Below, in pieces: positions 1 to 12,407 of a DNA stretch of 64,000 bases. Within the stretch, counting starts at the first letter, position 1. Every line of letters starts with the position of its first letter. The stretch comes from Catajapyx aquilonaris. Its lineage: Eukaryota. The translations under genes were made by a program, and so were the position numbers. The stretch lies in NCBI GenBank assembly GCA_000934665.2, contig JYFJ02000248.1:62001-126000 (forward strand), in the 5' to 3' direction. Below the pieces are notes generated by a model. That model did no database searches, was not told where the DNA came from, and saw only the letters and a program-made list of their open reading frames with translations.

Positions 1-924
1 CCGGATTCAATGGAAGTCTGCCATCGCATGGTTAGAGTACTTATGGCAGACAACTGCAAGTGCACGGATGAATTCTTGTAAGGTTTTTTTTGCTGTAATT
101 ATGACGCTTGTCTTACTAATTTAATGTTCGTTGCTTTTCTAATGGTATAGTAAGGACGAACAGGTGGATCCTGCACTAAGGGATCAGATCATGGTTGGGA
201 AGTTGCCAAAATGGATGCTGAAAATGTTACATCCACTTCTCAAGAGGTTTGCTCTGCGCGCATCCTTCATTTTTGCAGGTATGAAAATAATGAGGTGACA
301 ATTATTCCGATTAATCAAAATGCTAATTGCTTGGTGCTTATTTCTAGACACCAGTTCTCACGAACTTTGGAAGTCAATGAGTGAAAGGCAGGAATTCATT
401 AATCAGACAATTTGTCAGTGGCGTGCCTCCCGACTGGACGTATTGCTGGTTCCCGGATTTGCATTTCCAGCCATTCCTAATAACAGTTGCGGACTCTTAT
501 TTTGTAAGTTCATCATTGCCATAAAAAATTGCATATGTTTAACGAATTTTATGCAATTTCTTCAGCTGGTGCAGTGTACACGATGCTTTTCAACCACCTG
601 GATTTCCCAGCTGGAGTGGTGACTGTGACAAAGGAGTCCGCAGAAGACCAGGCTCAACTTGACTCTTACGACACACAAGGAGACTACATCTTGAAGCTTA
701 CCAAGAAGGTTTGTCAATTGACAATTGAAATTAAATAAATAAGGATCTGCCTTACGAGGTTGGTTGTACTGTACCGAACACATTTCAATTGACTATTAAT
801 ACCTTAGGTGGTTCGTGGAGCAGAAGGATGTCCCCTTGGCGTCCAAATAGTTGGACTTCCCTGGCAGGAGGAACTTGTGCTGAGAGGAATGAAGGAGCTG
901 CAAGACGCTCTTAGGAAAAAGTAG
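1..924 (+). CDS. FAAH: FAAH-like amidase, copy 1 (3' part only; last five exons ~1-77, 151-278, 348-503, 566-708, 808-924)
   Basis: Spliced frame gives ...WRASRLDVLLVPGFAFPAIP...[20 protein letters not shown]...[32 protein letters not shown]. This is a typical FAAH C-terminus, with GT-AG introns at the same positions as in copies 2-6. Confidence 0.88.
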
Positions 925-2336
925 ATGGGATTCCCCCAGTGGAATTACTGTATTAATCAAGTTTCAGCGAAATGATTGGGACCATTTTTGAAGTTTCTGA
1001 TAATTTTGCCATAATATGATGGATTTTTTTCGTGTAAGATTTCATATCCATACAGTTCATTGAAAGTGAGAGATTGGTGCATCAGTCACTCTGTAAGCTC
1101 TTGATGCACTCTACGTTAATAAATGGTTTGTTACCCATATGTTTAAATAATCGGGTTGTTTTTGTGGCGGTAAGTGTGTCGCATATCTGGGACCTTTTCA
1201 TGAATATTACTTGTATTTTGTTTTCTGCTCGATTTGACTGGATTCCCACCAATATTTATTACTTTAAATTTTTCAAATAGTTCTTCAGTGCTCCTTTTGT
1301 ATTCATAAAACAGTTTCAGCAGTTTCAATTTGAGTAAAATATGTTCTCAAGTCAGCAAAATATTATAATAAAATTACTCCATTGAGAGAAAAATTCCACC
1401 TAGGTGCATTGCAGTGGTTGCTACTTCAAATGGACGAGCAATGAATAATAGGACTCCTATGATTTAGGAAATGATTCTTCTCACTCTTTCTGGCGCTATT
1501 TGAGAAAACATATTTGGCAATATTGAGGAGGTGAATGCAGTATCTTATCACAGTTAAACAAAATGAATTCAAATAAACTCTTTGACCCTTCTCGTTATCA
1601 ACAGTAATGTCGTATAACTACAACATCAAAACGTCCAGTTCTGCTTAGGATACATTCTTACTTCGATGGTAAGCTATAATAATAATGTAGATAAAGACAT
1701 TGTACAAGTAGTAGGAAATTGATTTTAATACTGTCTCTGCAGTATGGAACACATTGAATCAGTGGAATGTGGGAGTTATTCGAACTACTTCATTTAAACA
1801 TGTAATAATAATGTATGTCATTCTGTGGCTTATGGACCCTTTCCCATTTATAACGTATCAATAGAGACGACCTTGAAAGAAAAAGGAAAACCTGGAAAAG
1901 GAGGGCATACGTATATACGCATGAAGCCACAACACACATCCTGACATGGTACGCAGCAGGTAAAAGCGGCCTTGACACAAAATAATTCATCCTGCGTCAT
2001 AGGATGGTTCAATGATCCCCACACTATGATTTCATATGCCCATCCGTGGGGCAGGTTGAATAATTACTTCCAGAGTTCCAGACCCAAAATAAAAATAATA
2101 TGCAGTGAATAATTTTTACATTACTTATGCATGTGCGGTTTTATCCTGGTACGTTTTATCCTGGTTCTACATATTTTCTACATCAAGGTTAGCGAGTGAT
2201 TGCCTAATAACAAGACTGCATGAGCCACTCGACACGGTTCATGTCACCCCCTCTGTGCCTCTACAGTGCATTAGTTGCAAAAGAGAGATGAAAGGCTCAG
2301 CACACGTCCAAGCAGCCGGCCGGTACAAGGTCCGTC

Positions 2337-5146
2337 GTGGCCACGTCTTATCTGAGCTTTGACTGCGAGTCTGCCTCCGACATGTGGGGGTACATACTGG
2401 GAGATCCTAATTCTCAGGCATACCCAGGGATCAGGTATGTAGTGGCAGCGGGTGTCGCAGGACTGGCCATCTACGCCACATTAAAGGCCCTCGGACTGCC
2501 AGGGAATAGCAAAAAGGTGACACTTTTTGGTGCAGTAGTTTCTAGCAACTGGGATTGTTTTTAACACCATATAACAGAAGGAGTTTCAAGGACGCATCGA
2601 GGAGAGGAAGAAGCAGAGGGCCAACCAAATAAAGGATCTGACTGATAAGGTTGCGGTCAACGGAGTGCTGGTCACGCCAGAGAGGAAGAAAATTTTGGAT
2701 CTCTCTGCGACTGATTTGGTGGAAAACATCAGAAACGGAAAGCTGGCCTGCGTGGATGTTCTCAGGGCTTATCAGGCCAAGGTACCGTTCTTTATCCTGG
2801 ACATCAAGTCTCTTCCTATATCTGCAGAGTTGAAAATCCTGTGACCTTGCACTCCGCTGAATAACTGGAAATCTATAGATTACTGTACTGAAAATCTGAA
2901 TATATAATGTTCTGTTATTTTTGTGCACCTGCAGGCGATAGAAGTGACAAGAGATCTCAACTGCGTGGTGGAATTTATTAACGAAGCAGAGGTATGTTAA
3001 ATGGTGCGCAAAAGCACCGTTTTCCTCATCCACTACAATGTACTATTGTATGAGCTCAAATTGCGGATGAATAATCTCCTTAGGAATGGAGCAACGCCAT
3101 GGACATGTATCCCAATCCGGACCTTCCTCTCTGCGGTCTTCCTGTGAGCATAAAGGAAGACTTTGCCATCACTGGCTACGACAACACCTTGGGATATGCC
3201 AAGTTCATTGGACGCACCCAGACCTCCGACGCAGTTGTGGTGGCCATCTTGAAGCAGCTCGGGGCAGTCCCCTTCTGCCGAACAAACGTGCCACAAACTA
3301 TCATGAGGTCAGCAATTTTTGCATGGCAATAACTGGTAATAAAAATATGATCGTATTACTCTCTTCTTCAGCTATGCATGCAGTAACCCGATATACGGAG
3401 CGACTAAGAATCCTCACGACCCAAATCGCGGTCCTGGAGGCTCATCTGGAGGTGAAGGTGCCTTGATTGGTGCTGGTGGGTCTCTGATAGGAATCGGTAG
3501 TGATATCGCAGGAAGTGTTAGGATACCTGCACAATTCTGCGGTATTGCTTCTCTCAAACCAACCGCAGGTCGTCTCAGGTAAGGCGAAAATGTTGTAAAT
3601 TATACATTCTTATGCATTCACTATATAAAACTGACCTAATCCTGTCGTTACAGTGACAATGGGCAAATTGTTCCAGTGCCTGGCATGCAAGGCTGTATGT
3701 ACCGTTTTTTCCGTTTTTTATTATTATTTTCATTAACAGGTGTCCACATTATCTCTTGCAGTGCGGAACAGTCCTGGATTTATGGCAAAGGACGTGGACA
3801 CTGTGATTCTTGGGGCCAAGGCGGTGTGGTCAAGCGGACTTATTCATCAGCTGGACCCTCCTAGTTTGCCAATTCCGTGGCGTGAAGAGGTGCGGATTAA
3901 AATATTGACTGCTCTGCATTTATGTAGAGTATAATGCATCATCATTTTTATTACTTCCCAGCTGTTTAGCGGCAAGGAAAAGCTCCGCATCGGGTATTAC
4001 GACTCCAGCAACGCGGTTCCTCCAACTCCTGGAGTGAAAAGAGCACTAGCTGTTGCAGTGGAGGCATTGAAATCTGCGGGACATGAACTCGTCCCATTTG
4101 CATGTCCGGATTCGTGGGAAGTGATCAGCCGCATGATGCGACTGTTCGTCGCAGATGAGGGGAGGACAATTAGGACGTACTTGTAAGATTATACAAATCC
4201 ATTATCTAAACTCTAGAGCAATTATTTATTGGAAGTGTTAACCTGTAATTAATTAATTTGAGAAGATTATGAATGATTTATTACTGAATAAATTACTAAG
4301 GGTGATTAACGTTGTTTCTTAAAGAAATGACGAGATAGTAGACACAACAGTACGAAGAAAGGACCTGCCTTTGGTTTCCCGCATGTCCAAATGTCTACTT
4401 AGCATATTTAGTCCAGTACTCGAGATGGTTTTGAGGCGGCCGCTTGCACCTGCAGCAGGTATATGAATGGGAAGAACATTCTTGTCGCGTATGAATTTAG
4501 CTCAACCTTTTTGTTTGCTTTACTTGCAGACCACAGTTCATATCAGCTGTGGAAAGACATGTCCGGAAAACAGGCCTTTACTAACGAGACGATATCCCGA
4601 TGGCGTACGGCTAAGCTGGACCTTTTGTTGACTCCTGGATTTGCGCATCCTGCAATTCCGAACGAGTATTGCACCGCATTGTGGGGTACGTAAGCTTGAA
4701 AAAAATGTGTAAATACGGTAGTTCAACATGTAAATAATTATCAAGGCCGTATAAATGTGTACAATGATATTTTTCCAGGCGGTCCTATGTATACGGTACT
4801 TTACAATCACCTGGACTTTCCGGCTGGAGCTGTGACAGTGACGAAGGAAACTGCTGATGATCAGTCTGAACTAGAAAATAATTTTGACACCCGAGGCGAT
4901 TACATGTTGGAGCTTACAAAGAAGGTAATGAGTTATACAGGGTCAGAAGAATTTCCCTCGTTAAATGGTCGGAGGTGATTTTTGAACAAAGAGATGGTTA
5001 TAATAAGGATGGAAACTTTACAGGTGGTTCGTGGAGCCGAAGGGTGTCCTTTGGGAGTCCAAATTGTGGGTCTTCCCTGGCAGGAGGAGCTGGTGCTCAG
5101 GGGAATGAAGGAGCTGCAGGATGCTCTCAAAACGAAGAAGAAGTGA
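2337..5146 (+). CDS. FAAH: FAAH-like amidase, copy 2 (12 exons; first codon is GTG where paralogs have ATG, next in-frame ATG at 2382)
   Basis: Has an N-terminal hydrophobic segment ([19 protein letters not shown]), GLPVSIKE (catalytic Lys), GGSSGG and [11 protein letters not shown] (Ser nucleophile). All introns are GT-AG and the frame is intact by manual join. Stop TGA at 5144-5146. Confidence 0.9.
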
Positions 5147-7410
5147 TCGATTGTTAATGTTGAATGAACACATGTCGAGACTAACCAAGATGAAAAGGAA
5201 GATCCTAGCCATCACGTGCTGCTAAATGGTCCTTCAAAATATTTGTGTAATTAGTTGTCAAATGTATAACCGACCACTAATGAGCGTATTATTCTGAATT
5301 GAATCGTCCATTCAATCACTCCATAGCAATAAATTTTCGATTGGAACTATATGGTTATCAAACGTCAATGGTGTAATTCATTTTGTAGGCTACATGTCAG
5401 ACCCTCCCAGCAGTCATTTAGAAGGATTACGGTGCATGTATTACTATCATTTGATTACACGTAGGTTACACGTAAATTATAAAAATGTCATTTCATACGC
5501 CGTATCCGGCTAATAAAGCACATAGCCTATCATCTGTCAGTATTGTATTCTAGATGTGAGCTAAAAATAAACCTGATGACATTTGTGACCAACAAAACGG
5601 AATAGGAATAGAATAATGCAAAAGATGTGTCACCATTTTTTGACCTTGGCATGATGATGGCACTGGCGCATATCGTCTGGCAAATGATATTCGGCAGAAT
5701 CATCCCTGTAAATAGCTCGCGGCTGTTATCCGAGTTTGTTCAGTTCTCTAAAGATATGGGATATAGCCTATTGATCATCTTTATTTATCGGTAGGCTACT
5801 GAAATTTTTTTACGTTGCACCCTGCACACCCAGAAGGCACGGAATAGGTTAGGATTATAACAATTTGTTTTATCTTAATAAATTGCAGGTTATATGTAGC
5901 TTCATGAAGTACAGTATAGAATACTATTCACAACCTGCTTGGTAGCATCGAAACCATCAGAAACACAATTTGCATGTACAAAATATGTTGCGTTGTACCA
6001 TGTACCCATCATACTGTACGGATATCTCATTACATAATAATATGAAAGGTCAAGAATCGTATGCTTATCAAAAAAAACACTCTTACAGTAGCCTACAGCT
6101 ATGTAAGTGTCGGGTCTAAATAAAGTTCCGGTGTAATTTTTGTCATTGAAGGCAACACATAATTATTGTCACTCATTGCGTGATCAAAAATGATTTGATG
6201 TTATACATTTCATATTTCAACACATAAAGTGACATGGGTCTGTACATTCCACACGCTATATGCCGCCATTGGGAATGCTTTCCAGAATTTTTTACCACTC
6301 CTTCATTTTGTTTCCCTCATAAATAATATAATGGTCATCCAGGCCCTGCTTCACATACGTAACTTGTTGTCAGTATAACTGGGCAGCACACAAGGCATAT
6401 CAGTAATCATACGTACCTGACTTCCATACAGTATTTTCCCCACACAGATTCATACGTGATTTTAGTCCCATCTCAAGTTTGACCTGAGCTTGAATTGCGG
6501 TCGCCTAAGTCAGCACTCTTTTACACGCGGAAGGAAATTACTTGCCAGTCCCTCACACGCAACACTATATCGGGTTTCCTGCACAGCAGTTGGTTCAAGT
6601 GATTATCTAATAACAAGCACGCGGTCTTATAAAATAATATGCCCTGATAAATTGAGTGTGTAATTTGAATATTGTGGTGTTGCTGCTTGTATAAAATTCA
6701 AGTGCAAAAAATATTCAACCTGACTCTGGTTCACTGGTTTATGGTTTGAGCTAATATTTGATATAATTAGCAACATATTTGTAGATAGGCTACACAAGTA
6801 ACCTTATAGAGAGTTTCAGATTCAAAGATGGCAATAGCTATATGCATAATATAAAATTATAATCGGATCAATTTCAATTTGTATTCTATTCCCAGAGAAT
6901 AATATTATGACAATACTATCCAAATATTTTGACCTCTGCTTATGCTGTAGTTTTTCCTGGAACGAGACTGGGTCATGTGTATAACTGCCTGCAGTCCGTT
7001 TTGCTCATTACCATTGATGCTGTACTTTAGTATTCTGATTTTTAGCATCCTACTTGTGGTCCCATGGAATGCAGCTGACTGCAGGGCCTACATTGGGAAA
7101 AGATACTACGTTTCAATTACTGTAGGCGACTGTAGCTAGGTGTCATGAATAGAAATTACTGACCGATCAATCCGGATCAATCACACAAAATTCTTCTCCT
7201 CCCCTCAGAATAACCTATGTATGACAAGGAGAATTATTTACAATGCTTCCACATGTTTTCTGCACCAAGGTTAGCAAGAACTTGCCTAATAATAAGCCTG
7301 CATGCTCCAGTAGATACTCGATCTTTACGCAACAGCTCTGCCTACACATAAGTTGCAAAAGAGAGTGGGAAGGGTCATCACACGTCCACCAGCCTGCCGA
7401 CAAGTCCATC

Positions 7411-10400
7411 ATGCCCAAGTCTTATCTGAGCTCTCTCTGCGGGTCTGCCTCCGACATGTGGGAGTATATACTGGGAGACCCTAATTCCCAGGCATACCCA
7501 GGGGCCAGGTATGTGGTGGCAGCGGGTGTTGCGGGACTGGCCATCTACGCCACCTCAAAGGCCCTCGGACTGCCAGGGAATAGCAGAAAGGTGACACTTT
7601 TTGGTGAAGTTATCAACGAAGTGTCTGGCAAATTCTAGAATTATTTTCCATCTTACTATTTTTTGGTAACAGAAGGAGCTTCAAGGACTCGTCGAGGAGA
7701 GGAAGAAGCAGAGGGCCAAGCAAATAAAGGATCTGGCTGCTAAGGTTGCGGTCAACGGAGTTCTGGTCACGCCAGAGAGGAAGAAAATTCTGGATCTCTC
7801 TGCGACTGATTTGGTGGAAAACATCAGAAACGGAAAGCTGGCCTGCGTGGATGTTCTCAGGGCGTATCAGGCCAAGGTACCGTGCATTATGCTGGACATC
7901 AAGTCCCTTCCTATGTGCAATGTTGAAAGCGAGATTGAAAGCCCTCACAAGATACTGATAATGCGTCCTTGACCTTGTAATCAGCTGATCAACTTATGTT
8001 GCGGATTAACTGAACTTCACTTAAAATGTGTTGTATTGTTATTTTTGTGTTCACTTTCAGGCCATAGAAGTGACAAGAGAACTCAACTGTGTGGTGGAAT
8101 TTATTAACGAAGCAGAGGTATGTTAAATGGTGTGTTCCAAAGGCACCATTTGTCTCATCCATAGTATGAGTTCAAATTGCGGATGAAAAATTAATATCCT
8201 TATAGGAATGGAGCAACGCCATGGACATGTATCCCAATCCGGACCTGCCCTTATGCGGTCTCCCTGTGAGCATCAAGGAAGACTTTTCCATCACTGGCTA
8301 CGACAACACCTTGGGATGCGCCAAATACATCGGACGCACACAGACCTCCGATGCAGTACTGGTGGCCATCTTGAAGCAGCTTGGGGCTGTACCTTTCTGC
8401 CGGACAAACGTGCCACAAACTATCATGAGGTCCGCAATTTTTGCATCAGATTAATTGATAACAAAATTACTATCATATTTTACTTCCTTATTCAGCTATG
8501 CCTGCAGTAACCCGATATACGGGGCGACTAAGAATCCTTACGACCCAAATCGTGGTCCTGGAGGTTCATCTGGAGGTGAAGGTGCATTGATAGCTGCAGG
8601 AGGGTCTCTGATCGGAATCGGAGACGACATCGGAGGGAGTGTTAGGATGCCAGCTCATTTCTCTGGGGTTGCTTGCATCAAGCCAACCACAGGTCGTCTG
8701 AGGTAAGGCAAAAATGATTAAGCCTCAATACATATACTCAAGAGGTAAGATGAAGCCCTCTTCTGGTTTTTATTCGGCTGAGAGAAGTGCAATTATTATC
8801 TCTCTCCGAGGTAAATATTGGGTAAGACTTATCCCTATAGAGGTTATCACTATACCTCTTGATATTAGTTACTTCACTTATTAAGAAAATATGCATTTTT
8901 CTCCACTTCCTATACAAGGAACCTGCAAGGAACCTCTATAAACTCTGGCCTACAATTTATTATAAGAGATAATTTATTATTAAGACTGCATTAATTTTCG
9001 AATAAAAATAAAACTTGATCGTGCTTATATTTCAGTGACATTGGGCAAAATACTGCATATCCTGGCATACAGGGCCGTAAGTACCATGCTTTACATTTTA
9101 GCCAATAAACTATGCATGGTATACTGTATATTTTGAGTCTGTAAACGCCAGTTCTGTACCGTGCATTTCTACTGTACGTATAATAATACCTGACCACATT
9201 CGACAATAGTACGTAACAGTCCTGGATTTATGGCAAAGGACGTGGACACTATTATTCTTGGGGCCAAGGCGGTGTGGTCAAGCGGACTTATTCACCAGTT
9301 GGATCCTCCTAGTTTGCCAATTCCATGGCGTGAAGAGGTATGGCCCGTATTTTGGTGGGTTTAATAATTCATGTCTTTCATAATAACATTAATTTGTTTA
9401 CATTTTTCTCACTTCCCAGATGTTTAGTGGCAATAATAAGCTCCGTATTGGTTATTACGACTCGAGCAACGTGTATCCTCCAACTCCAGGATTGAAAAGA
9501 GCTCTTGGACTGGCAGTGGAGGCTTTGAAATCGGCTGGACACGAACTCGTCCCATTTTCATGTCCGGATTCATTGGAAGTGTCCAACCGCATCTTTCGAC
9601 TGTGGGATGCAGATGAGGGAAAAACAGTTGCACCTGCCCTGTATGTACTCTATGAGAAAGTCATAAGTTTTTCACAGCAAATAGGCTATTCATGATGCAT
9701 ATTTTTCTGCATATTTAAAGAAAGGACGAGATAATAGACCCATCTATAAGCTATAAGGATCTTCCTTTAATATATCGAATGCCCAAATGTCTACTTAACG
9801 TGTTACGTCCAGTACTCGAGATGACTTTGACGCGGCCTCCTGTGCCTGCAGCAGGTATGAAGAGCTGCAATATTCATGCCATGTTATGTCATATGAACCT
9901 TTTTTTGTTTGATTTATTCGCAGACCACAGTTCATACCAGCTGTGGAAAGACATGGCCGGAAAACAGGCCTTTACTAACGAGACGATATCCCGATGGCGT
10001 ACGGCTAAGCTGGACCTTTTATTGGCTCCTGGATTTGCATATCCTGCAGTTCCGCACGAATATTGTCACATCTTGCGGGGTACGTACGTTTTAAAAATGT
10101 GTAAATGGTTCAGCATGGAAATTATCATGCCCGAACAATTTGAACACTGTTCCTCTAAAAAGCTAGTCGTATTTTCCAAAACTTTTGGGGTGCTTTTTCT
10201 CCAGGCGGCTTGATATATACGGCTCTTTACAACCACCTGGACTTTCCTGCTGGAACTGTGCCAGTGACGAAGGAAACTGCTGATGATCAGGCTGAACTTG
10301 AAAATAATTTTGACACCCGAGGCGATTACATGTTGGAGATTACAAAGAAGGTAATGAGTTACAGAGGGCCAGAAAAATTTCCCTCGTTAACATATGTTAT

Positions 10401-10580
10401 TTGCTTCAGATAAAGTTTTGTAAATAAAATTAGATGTTAATATTAATATGTGAAATTCTACAGGTGGTGCGTGGAGCCGAAGGGTGTCCTCTGGGAGTCC
10501 AAATTGTGGGTCTTCCCTGGCAGGAGGAACTGGTGCTCAGGGGAATGAAGGAGCTGCAGGATGCTCTAAAAACTAAATAG
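7411..10580 (+). CDS. FAAH: FAAH-like amidase, copy 3 (12 exons)
   Basis: Starts MPKSYLSS..., followed by a TM segment, [14 protein letters not shown] and [11 protein letters not shown]. Exon structure matches the paralogs. TAG at 10578-10580 falls two codons earlier than in copies 2/4/5. Confidence 0.9.
8738..8862. mobile_element. Possible degenerate MITE/fold-back element in intron 5 of FAAH copy 3
   Basis: Terminal inverted repeat TCAAGAGGTA...TACCTCTTGA with imperfect extension and an internal GAGAGA/TCTCTC stem. This intron is much longer than in copies 2 and 4. Confidence 0.35.
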
Positions 10581-11526
10581 AAGTGATTTAATGCTGAATG
10601 TAATCCATGTGAAGATCAAGCAAGAGCAAAATGAATATTCCGCACAGGTGCCTCCTTGTCTTAGTGGTCAGCGATTTCTTGGGAAAATGCGATCATTTAT
10701 AAGCACTTTTAAATCATTTTTTGTAAATTTTTGTCAAGCTATAATTCACCGCAAATGTTAGGCTGATTAGAATCGTACAGCCAGTCTCTCAGCTGGATTA
10801 TATTAATTTTATAACATTTTTATTGGCACACACTATATAATGTGAACGTTCAACTACTGAACAACGATCATTTGTATAAGATTCCATGTAGGCCTACTGT
10901 ACAAAATGGAAACAATGTCGAATCAATAACTTCACTATGCTGACCCTTGATGTATGATATTGTTAGCAAAAAAAACTGTTACTTAAAAATAAAGCTGCTG
11001 GTCCTCTCTGACAATCAGTGTATTATAAATCCGAACTTTGTGGAATGAAAATGGAACTACTCAAAATATAAAAATGTACTTTTTGACATAACTAATGATT
11101 TTTTACAAATGAACTGATGCATGATACTCTCATAACACAATATATTTTGAAAACCCATGGTAGTGAAGATATGGCTGTATATCCTTACTACAATGGGTTG
11201 TCAAAATATGAGTGATAGGAAAACAATCAATTTGCCCAGATGGCGTGTATATACACGCACGTACACGCAGAAAAATACTGTAAGCTGCAGGAAATAATTA
11301 TTAATTACGATTACATTTCCACTGAAATGTGCCCGTCTTTCCTTCTTCCCCTTTCCAAATTATTATATTATATTATATTGCGTGTTAGCGTGTATACACT
11401 ACACAGCACTGGCTACAGTTTTAATAGGGGGTCTATTTAGCAATGCTCCTTATAAATTTTAAAATAATCAAAGCAATAATTTTTGAAAATGGAGAAAAAT
11501 TCGAGCCTCAAGGAACAGAACTTGCA

Positions 11527-11625
11527 GCTTCTGGTTTCATGATGTCATGAAACCAGAAGCACTTGTTTTAATAAAAGTCACTTATTGTTATTGTCACAAT
11601 AACAATAAGTGACTTTTATTAAAAC
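11527..11625. repeat. Two adjacent perfect inverted repeats (16-bp arms with 2-nt spacer; 30-bp arms with 1-nt spacer)
   Basis: GCTTCTGGTTTCATGA-tg-TCATGAAACCAGAAGC at 11527-11560, and GTTTTAATAAAAGTCACTTATTGTTATTGT-c-ACAATAACAATAAGTGACTTTTATTAAAAC at 11565-11625. Confidence 0.95.
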
Positions 11626-11903
11626 CAGGTCGAAATGTACGGTATAGATCAAATAATTATAACAAAAAATCTCGAATTATTCGCAATACACTATCCGACA
11701 AGTTCCATCATGTACAGATGTGACGATAATGTACAGAGTATGGAATCTTATCTCAGCCGATAAAATATTGATTTCAAAAAGTCAGTCTTAAAGCCCACAG
11801 GCAACATCATTAACTTAAAACCAAATCTGAATCTCTCATATTTTCCCCAAACACATCCATAATACCGTATACAGTATATAACTTAGAATGTGATTGGGGT
11901 ACA

Positions 11904-12070
11904 ATCTCATGTTTGACCTGAACCTGAATAATTGGGGTCGGCTACGTCACTCTTACACGCGGAAGGAAATTATTGGCCAGTCCATGGCCAGTCATTCACA
12001 CACAACACTCTATCGTGTTTCCTCCACAAAAGTAGTCTCTATTGAATATATGTAATAACAAGCACGCGGT
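11904..12070 (+). promoter_or_regulatory. Conserved upstream block shared by FAAH copies 3, 4 and 5 (also ~6470-6625 and ~16772-16916)
   Basis: Collinear motifs TTGACCTGA...GGTCG(G/C)CTA(C/A)GTCA..CTCT..ACACG(C/T)G..AGGAAAT...GCCAG...CACAC.CAACA...GTTTCC occur in three spacers. Confidence 0.5.
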
Positions 12071-12407
12071 CTAATATAAAATGTGGTCTGAAAATGTTAG
12101 TCATTTGAATGTTGTAGTGTTGTTGTAGCCTTATACTTGTAAAATTCAAGTTTCAACCTGTTTGGCGGATCAAGCAGGCAAAATTCTTCTCCTCGCCTGA
12201 GAATAACCTATTCGTGACAAGGAGTATTATTTACACTGGGACCATATATTTTCTTCACCAAGGTTAGCAAGTGATTGCTTAATAACAAGACTGCATGAGC
12301 CAGTAGACACTCGATCCTTACGCAACAGCTGTGCTTGTCCAACAGTTGCAAAGGGGAGCTGCAAGGCTCAACACACGTCCAAGCAGCCGGCCGGCACAAG
12401 GTCCGTC

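Noticed and set aside
10578..10580. Premature stop in FAAH copy 3 as a sign of pseudogenisation
   Set aside because: It removes only two terminal lysines, and the rest of the frame and the catalytic triad are intact.
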